Shown in pieces: positions 26,693-32,000 of a stretch of 32,000 bases of DNA. Positions within the stretch are counted from its first letter, which is position 1. Every line of letters begins with the position of its first letter. A program made the position numbers and the translations under genes. Source of the DNA: Acholeplasma laidlawii PG-8A (lineage in GTDB: Bacteria > Bacillota_I > Bacilli_A > Acholeplasmatales > Acholeplasmataceae). Where the stretch lies: the NCBI RefSeq assembly GCF_000018785.1, contig NC_010163.1, forward strand, positions 30,001 to 62,000. The letters are read 5' to 3'. The notes under the pieces were generated by a model. The model worked only from the letters and a program-made list of their open reading frames with translations, was not told the origin of the DNA and did no database searches.

Positions 26693-26926
26693 CATATATT
26701 GTAAATATTCTAGTGATTCATTTGATTAATATGAATTTAGAGAATAGATTTCATGTTGTTTTTAATTTACTTAAAAATAATATATATCTTTATATAACAC
26801 CACTCATATTATCTTTACTAACACTTATGGGCAGTTACATACAGATAGTCACTAGACTTAGCAGAAAACAAATCATTGCTGAATTTGACTAGTTCTGGAT
26901 TTAATAAATTCAATGTTAAAGAAATC

Positions 26927-26967
26927 AAAAGGATATTGATTGTTTTAAAGACTATCAATATCCTTTT
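26927..26967 (+). terminator. Rho-independent terminator at the end of the hipBA-remnant region
   Basis: AAAAGGATATTGAT (26927-26940), 13-nt loop, ATCAATATCCTTTT (26954-26967). Confidence 0.65.
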
Positions 26968-26996
26968 AATTTATAGATAAAATACGACAAAAATGT

Positions 26997-27010
26997 TGTA
27001 AGCGTTATCA
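26997..27010. promoter_or_regulatory. cre/LacI-type box TGTAAGCGTTATCA in the long gap upstream of glyA
   Basis: Matches TGWAANCGNTNWCA at all positions. It shares GCGTTATCA with the box at 18461-18474. It lies about 160 nt upstream of the glyA ATG. Confidence 0.45.
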
Positions 27011-27105
27011 ATTATAGGTTTATTTGCAATTAGATTATTTAATCTATAAAATATATGCATTGATTTACTTTACGCATTTTTTGTTATGTCCAAATCACCA
27101 TTGCA

Positions 27106-27127
27106 ATGTATAAATATATTTATACAT
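27106..27127. promoter_or_regulatory. Perfect 22-bp palindrome immediately upstream of the glyA -10 region (operator candidate)
   Basis: ATGTATAAATA|TATTTATACAT, with all 11 pairs checked base by base. It abuts the extended -10 TGgTAAAAT (27127-27135). Confidence 0.4.
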
Positions 27128-27169
27128 GGTAAAATATAATGAAAAGATATTTTGCGGTGAGGTATAACT

Positions 27170-28399
27170 ATGACATTAAAAGACTATGATCTTGAATTAT
27201 TTAACGCGATTCAAAGAGAAGATAACAGACAAAAAGAACACATCGAATTAATTGCGTCCGAAAACTTTGTTTCTGATGCAGTGTTAGAGGCACAAGGTTC
27301 AATTTTAACCAACAAATATGCAGAAGGCTATCCAAATAAAAGATATTATGGAGGTTGCGAATTTGTTGATCAAGTAGAGATACTAGCTCAAGATAGGTTA
27401 AAACAAATCTTTAATGCGAAGTTTGTAAATGTACAGCCTCATTCGGGTTCACAGGCTAATGCTGCTGTTTATCAGGCACTACTTAGTCCCGGAGACAGGG
27501 TTTTAGGAATGGATTTAAATGCGGGTGGTCACTTAACTCATGGTTATAAATTATCATTTTCTGGACATTATTATGAAGCACATGCCTATGGTGTAAGTAG
27601 GTTTGATGAAAGAATTGATTATGAAGAAGTACTGAAAATTGCAATTGAAGTTAAACCTAAAATGATTATTGCAGGTGCGAGTGCATATCCAAGAGTCATT
27701 GATTTTAAAAAGTTTAGAGAAATTGCAGATACAGTTGGTGCATACTTGTTTGTAGATATGGCACATATTGCAGGACTAGTTGCTTGTGGATTACATCCAT
27801 CACCACTACCTTATGCAGATGTTGTCACGTCTACTACACATAAAACCTTAAGAGGTCCACGTGGTGGTATTATACTTACAAATGATGCAAGTATTGCTAA
27901 AAAAATAGATCGTGCAGTATTTCCTGGCCAACAAGGTGGTCCATTAATGCACATTATTGCTGCAAAGGCGGTTGCATTTAAAGAAGCACTAGACCCTAAC
28001 TTTAAGGTATATCAAACACAAGTGATTAAAAATGCTAAAGCCTTAAGTGATACATTCAAATCACTTGGATATAAATTAATTTCAGATGGTACAGATAATC
28101 ATTTAATCTTAGTAGATGTTAAATCAAAATTAGGTATTACAGGAAGAGATGCTGAGGATGCGCTATATAAAGCAAATATCACAATCAATAAAAACCAGTT
28201 ACCGTTTGATCAAGAAAAACCGATGTTAACCTCAGGTATAAGATTAGGAACACCTGCGATGACAACTAAGGGTTTTAAAGAAAATGAGTTTATTAAAGTA
28301 GCACAACTTATTGATGAAGTGTTATCGAATATAAACAATGAAGAAGTTATCAATAAAGTTAAAAAAGAAGTACTAAAACTAATGAAAGATGTTAAATGA
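27170..28399 (+). CDS. glyA: Serine hydroxymethyltransferase
   Basis: 409 aa. PLP-lysine motif [12 protein letters not shown]. Typical N-terminus with [17 protein letters not shown]. Confidence 0.97.
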   Translation: MTLKDYDLELFNAIQREDNRQKEHIELIASENFVSDAVLEAQGSILTNKYAEGYPNKRYYGGCEFVDQVEILAQDRLKQIFNAKFVNVQPHSGSQANAAVYQALLSPGDRVLGMDLNAGGHLTHGYKLSFSGHYYEAHAYGVSRFDERIDYEEVLKIAIEVKPKMIIAGASAYPRVIDFKKFREIADTVGAYLFVDMAHIAGLVACGLHPSPLPYADVVTSTTHKTLRGPRGGIILTNDASIAKKIDRAVFPGQQGGPLMHIIAAKAVAFKEALDPNFKVYQTQVIKNAKALSDTFKSLGYKLISDGTDNHLILVDVKSKLGITGRDAEDALYKANITINKNQLPFDQEKPMLTSGIRLGTPAMTTKGFKENEFIKVAQLIDEVLSNINNEEVINKVKKEVLKLMKDVK

Positions 28400-28415
28400 A
28401 AAGGAGTGATTTTCT

Positions 28416-29714
28416 TTGATCACAAGAACAAGATATATACCTGATGGTAAAGATGTTTTAAAGAAACTACCATTAATCCATCACTTAGAAGCACCATATT
28501 TATACTATCCAATTACAAACCAAAGATGCCCGGAAGGTGAAACTTGCGTCGTTTTTGGTCAATTTGTTAAAGTTGGTGAGGTTATTGGTACAAGAAAGGG
28601 TGCTTTCTTTGAGCAACCAATTCACTCAACAGTTAGTGGTGAAGTTGTCGGGCATGAAATGAAGTTTGATGCTTCAGGAAAACGTGTAAACTGTATGATT
28701 GTTAAAAACGACTTCAAATATGAATTACATGAGTCTGTTAAAACAAGAACTGATGAAGAAATAGACAAACTTACTAAAGAAGATTACGTAAATATTACTA
28801 AAGAAGCGGGTTTAGTTGGTCTAGGTGGTTCAGGATTCCCAACATATATTAAACTAAACACTAAAAATAAAATAGACATTATCTTAGCAAACGGTGTGGA
28901 GTGTGAGCCTAAATTAATTTCAGACTATGAAGTTATGATGGAAAGCCCGGATGAACTTATTAGAGGTTTAATCTATGCAATGAAAGCTGTTGGTGCACCA
29001 AAAGGTGTAATTGCAGTTAAGAAAAGATATGTGGAATTAGTAGAAAGAATCCGTTTTTCTCTAAACTCATATACTGAATATGACATCAAAGTTGTACCAG
29101 TTGGTAACCACTATCCACAAGGTTGGGAGTTAGAAGCAATTGAAGCGGCTACAGGTATTAAGGTACCTCAATTTAAACTTCCAGCGGATTACGGTATTAT
29201 TCCATTTAACGTTTCTACCTTACAATCTATTTATCATGCAGTGAAGTTTAACTTACCTGTACTAGAAAGATACTTTGTATTATCAGGTGATGGTGTTGTA
29301 AACAAATCATTTAAAGCTAGAATTGGTACTCCAATTCAAAGTTTAATTCAACTTGCTGGTGGTTATGTAGATAAGGCAGTGCCTAAAACATTAATCATGG
29401 GTGGGCCAATGATGGGTAGTAACGTAACAAATGATGATATTGTTACAACACACACAGCAACATCATTAATTGTTCAAAACTCACTTTTATTAAACGAAGA
29501 TCCTTGTATCCACTGTGCAAGCTGTGTATACTCTTGCCCAGTACAAATACAACCGGTTCAAATTATGAATGCTGTGAAAGCAAACGATAAAGATTTCTTA
29601 AAAGCTTTATCAGTTAATAAATGTATTGAATGTGGATTATGTTCATTTGTATGTCCATCTAAGATTCATTTAACAGATTACATGCGTGAAGGTAAACGCA
29701 TCTTAAGAGGTTAA
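28416..29714 (+). CDS. rnfC: Rnf electron-transport complex subunit C
   Basis: TTG start with AAGGAG 9 nt upstream. GLVGLGGSGFPT nucleotide/FMN-binding motif. Two 4Fe-4S motifs, CIHCASCVYSCP and CIECGLCSFVCP. It starts 16 nt after the glyA stop. Confidence 0.9.
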   Translation: MITRTRYIPDGKDVLKKLPLIHHLEAPYLYYPITNQRCPEGETCVVFGQFVKVGEVIGTRKGAFFEQPIHSTVSGEVVGHEMKFDASGKRVNCMIVKNDFKYELHESVKTRTDEEIDKLTKEDYVNITKEAGLVGLGGSGFPTYIKLNTKNKIDIILANGVECEPKLISDYEVMMESPDELIRGLIYAMKAVGAPKGVIAVKKRYVELVERIRFSLNSYTEYDIKVVPVGNHYPQGWELEAIEAATGIKVPQFKLPADYGIIPFNVSTLQSIYHAVKFNLPVLERYFVLSGDGVVNKSFKARIGTPIQSLIQLAGGYVDKAVPKTLIMGGPMMGSNVTNDDIVTTHTATSLIVQNSLLLNEDPCIHCASCVYSCPVQIQPVQIMNAVKANDKDFLKALSVNKCIECGLCSFVCPSKIHLTDYMREGKRILRG

Positions 29715-29716
29715 TT

Positions 29717-30787
29717 ATGCAAAATATATCTATTTTAAGCCAAACATCACCGTATATACGTAAAGAAACTTCTACAAAACGTATGATGTTTGATGTGTTA
29801 ATTGCACTAACGCCTGTAGTATTCTTTTCAATCTACAGATTTGGATTAGATGCATTAGCAAGAATATTAGTGAGTTTAATTATCTTTGTTGGTGTGGAAG
29901 CTCTATATTTTTTAAGTGTTACGCGTGTAGATGGTTATAACTTCAAAGATAAAATTAAAAATAAGTTTAAAAAATACAGTATAAATAACTTTAGTGCTCC
30001 TGCAGTATCTGCAGTCATCTATGCGATGTTATTACCAAACCAACTACATCTTTATGTGGTTGTTATGGGGGCTTTATTTGGTGCTGCAATCGGCAAAATG
30101 ATTTTTGGTGGTTTAGGGATGAATATCTTTAACCCTGCAGCAGCTGGCCGTGTATTTATTGCACTAGCATTTACAACATTCTTCACAGGTTCTTATGGGT
30201 TTATTGATGCTGCAGCAGGTGCTACAGCATTATCTACAAGTTTTCCTGAAGTATTAAATAGTTATTCACTAATCGATTTACTCGTTGGTAATATTCCGGG
30301 TTCTATGGGTGAAATCAATTCCCTTGCTATTTTATTTGGTCTTGCTTATCTATTAATTAGAAAAAGTGCAGATTATAGACCTGTTTTATCAGGACTATTA
30401 ATCTTTACAGCACTTGCTACAGTTGCAGGATTCATACTACACCCAACATTAGTATTTGAATATGTGATATTCCAATTATTATCTGGTGGTTTATTATTTG
30501 GTCTAACCTTTATGATTACAGACCCTGCGACATCACCAATCACAAGACCAGGTCGTTGGTGGTTTGGTTTAATTGTTGGTTCATTAGTATTCTTTATTAG
30601 AAGTTTTGGTAGTCTTCCAGAAGGTGTGGCGTTTGCTTTATTATTTGGTAACTTAATGGTACCTTTACTAGATTACCCAATGTGGGCAAACAACAGATTT
30701 ACAAAGAAATTCTATATTAGCTTTAGTTTAGTATTTGTGGCTTTAGTAGCACTTACCTTCGTGATTTTAGGAGGTTACGCGATATGA
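29717..30787 (+). CDS. rnfD: Rnf electron-transport complex subunit D
   Basis: Polytopic membrane protein carrying the NqrB/RnfD motif GGLLFGLTFMITDPATSP (FMN-attachment region). Confidence 0.9.
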   Translation: MQNISILSQTSPYIRKETSTKRMMFDVLIALTPVVFFSIYRFGLDALARILVSLIIFVGVEALYFLSVTRVDGYNFKDKIKNKFKKYSINNFSAPAVSAVIYAMLLPNQLHLYVVVMGALFGAAIGKMIFGGLGMNIFNPAAAGRVFIALAFTTFFTGSYGFIDAAAGATALSTSFPEVLNSYSLIDLLVGNIPGSMGEINSLAILFGLAYLLIRKSADYRPVLSGLLIFTALATVAGFILHPTLVFEYVIFQLLSGGLLFGLTFMITDPATSPITRPGRWWFGLIVGSLVFFIRSFGSLPEGVAFALLFGNLMVPLLDYPMWANNRFTKKFYISFSLVFVALVALTFVILGGYAI

Positions 30788-31725
30788 CAAAAGCAGTTAA
30801 AAGCATCATTACATTAGCGGTTGTAGCTATTTTAGGTATTGGACTATCAATTGGTACGCACTTCATCTTTAATCCAATTAAAGAAGAACGTGCTAAACAA
30901 GAAACTCTATCTATATTAGATGATTACTTTACAGGTGTTACAGACTTTGAAGCAAACAAGCTCGAAGTAATTGAAGGCGTTGAGATTTTAAGATCTGTTC
31001 GCGTTTATAAAAATGAAGATCCACTAGGTTATCTATATGAGGCAAATATTACAAATGATTTTGGTAATATGAAAGTTCGTTTAAGTGTGGATGTTAAAGA
31101 TGTTATTCAATCCATTGAGTTCTTAGAACTTAACCAAACAATGTACTTACCACAAACAACAAAAATGCTTGAAACATATGTATTAAGCAAGTTAAGTACA
31201 GATATTTTTGATGGTGCTGCTGGTGCAACATCCATCTCAAAAAATGATCTATCACACTTAATGAGTATGGTAGGATTACATCATGATAGAACAGATAAAT
31301 TTGAAATCCAAGCACCTTATAAAGATTTCTATGGTGATGACTACGTGATTTCAAATACAGAAGAACTATCCAACTCTGGTGCGACTATCAAGGTTGAAAC
31401 GATTGAAGGTTTAGGTGTAGTTTATACAATTACTAAATCAGGTATTTATCAAACAGATAGTACTCAAGAAAAATCAATTACACTTGTTCTTGCATTAAAT
31501 AATGATAATAAAATTATTGGTGTACTTTTACCAGCTGAGTTATATAACCACACTAAGGGTGGATTTATGACAAGTGCAATGGAATTTGCACAAAGTTTTA
31601 AAGATATGTCACTACTTGATGTAACAGATGGCAATGCTGGTGCAACAGGTGATGTTGTAGCACATAATTCAAGAACCTTAATCGAAGATATGGTGTTAAT
31701 TGTTCAGGGGGTACATATCTCATGA
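30784..31725 (+). CDS. rnfG: RnfG-like membrane-anchored protein with two tandem FMN-binding (FMN_bind) modules
   Basis: AGGAGG SD and ATGA overlap with rnfD. N-terminal TM helix. Two copies of the flavinylation motif: DGAAGATS (Thr149, nt 31228-31230) and DGNAGATG (Thr288, nt 31645-31647). Each follows a GY/GV-xY ... I-x-L-x-L/V ... D-x-x-I core. 313 aa, whereas I recall single-domain RnfG at about 200 aa. Confidence 0.75.
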   Translation: MTKAVKSIITLAVVAILGIGLSIGTHFIFNPIKEERAKQETLSILDDYFTGVTDFEANKLEVIEGVEILRSVRVYKNEDPLGYLYEANITNDFGNMKVRLSVDVKDVIQSIEFLELNQTMYLPQTTKMLETYVLSKLSTDIFDGAAGATSISKNDLSHLMSMVGLHHDRTDKFEIQAPYKDFYGDDYVISNTEELSNSGATIKVETIEGLGVVYTITKSGIYQTDSTQEKSITLVLALNNDNKIIGVLLPAELYNHTKGGFMTSAMEFAQSFKDMSLLDVTDGNAGATGDVVAHNSRTLIEDMVLIVQGVHIS

Positions 31726-32000
31726 AAAAAGAAAATTTAATTTTAGTATTAATGTTTGGTCTAATGTTGCTTATTAGTGTTATTGCATTAAGTTTTGATT
31801 ATCTATTCCCAACATCAGTTGTGGATAAGATGTTTAATCAAAATGTTAATGTTGTGAATGTCAAACCAGTCATTGATGCTGAGTTTAATGAAATATTAGA
31901 ACAAGCAGAAGTTACTACATTAGATGGTAAAAAAATTGCTGATCTATATACAGTCAGAGTTGATCATACATACTTCTATTTAGAATTATATGTAGGTATT
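31722..32000 (+). CDS. Membrane-anchored protein, 5' part only (runs off the window); possibly another FMN_bind/RnfG-like module
   Basis: Not in the supplied ORF track. The ATG at 31722 overlaps the rnfG stop (ATGA). My translation is MKKENLILVLMFGLMLLISVIALSFDYLFPTS ... DLYTVRVDHTYFYLELYVGI, with no stop through position 32000. TM helix at the N-terminus. The LYTVRV ... LELYVGI segment resembles the start of the FMN_bind core seen twice in rnfG. Confidence 0.55.
   Translation, partial: MKKENLILVLMFGLMLLISVIALSFDYLFPTSVVDKMFNQNVNVVNVKPVIDAEFNEILEQAEVTTLDGKKIADLYTVRVDHTYFYLELYVGI

Noticed and set aside
26662-26892. A 76-aa ORF downstream of, and overlapping, the hipA stump.
   Set aside because: It has an alternative (GTG) start, no SD, no family resemblance, and an AT-driven hydrophobic sequence. 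It might be a small membrane peptide if started at the internal ATG 26731, but nothing supports it beyond the downstream terminator. It is kept as an open question in the findings.
3233-31354. Antisense ORFs inside strongly supported + strand genes: 3233-3490, 7145-7342, 7898-8215, 9151-9441, 13685-13891, 14207-14392, 15943-16128, 16887-17081, 17178-17444, 27554-27766 and 31130-31354.
   Set aside because: Each is embedded opposite a gene with clear family motifs. They are short, lack SD sequences, and have the skewed composition typical of antisense frames in AT-rich DNA.
1-32000. Mycoplasma-type genetic code (TGA = Trp).
   Set aside because: Four gene pairs use ATGA start/stop overlaps in which TGA terminates a complete, family-length protein (permease, HipB-like, RnfD, RnfG). 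All recognised proteins have normal lengths under the standard code.
1-32000. CRISPR arrays, IS elements/transposases, integrases, prophage genes, and tRNA/rRNA genes.
   Set aside because: There are no regularly spaced direct repeats, no DDE/serine/tyrosine recombinase-like ORFs, and no tRNA-like GC-rich cloverleaf stretches in any intergenic region. The only large-scale repetition is the diverged paralogy of the two lipoprotein genes.

Overview
This is an AT-rich window (about one-third G+C by eye), densely coding, with almost every gene on the + strand. The genetic code is standard: TGA acts as a stop in four ATGA start/stop overlaps (14453, 26561, 30784, 31722). Lipobox lipoproteins, the Rnf and PFL genes and the code fit a low-GC Firmicute or Acholeplasma-type Mollicute. 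That placement is an inference and cannot be verified without a database search.

Gene content in order:
- cls (5' truncated) and a small membrane protein.
- A minus-strand P-loop polynucleotide-kinase/HD-phosphoesterase fusion.
- pflB-pflA, a two-cysteine Crp/Fnr (Flp-like) regulator, a yaaA-like gene and fhs-folD.
- A membrane-anchored glycerophosphodiesterase broken by one in-frame TAA.
- An apparently autoregulated LacI-family regulator with a sugar ABC binding lipoprotein, two permeases and a GH94 disaccharide phosphorylase.
- A minus-strand Ohr/OsmC gene.
- Two very large tandem paralogous lipoproteins.
- ppa, yebC, and a HipB-like gene with a 43-codon hipA stump.
- glyA-rnfC-rnfD, a double-domain rnfG, and one more FMN-bind-like gene cut by the window end.

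No rRNA, tRNA, CRISPR array, transposase or integrase was seen.

The most unusual content is the lipoprotein pair (18492-24661). Each carries an Amidase_2-type N-acetylmuramoyl-L-alanine amidase core with its catalytic residues intact but split by a ~95-aa insertion, and a Listeria-Bacteroides repeat split by a ~150-aa unknown insert. The first gene sits behind a textbook promoter bracketed by two cre/LacI-type operators. If the host is wall-less, these would be outward-facing peptidoglycan-targeting enzymes.

Secondary points: the Pnk-HD end-healing candidate, the duplicated FMN-binding RnfG, the decayed hipBA module, and shared TGTATA/TATACA palindromes in front of fhs and glyA. Several ORF-track starts were moved to downstream, SD-supported starts: 2333 to 2165, 18366 to 18285, 24826 to 24835, and 5511 to 5535.
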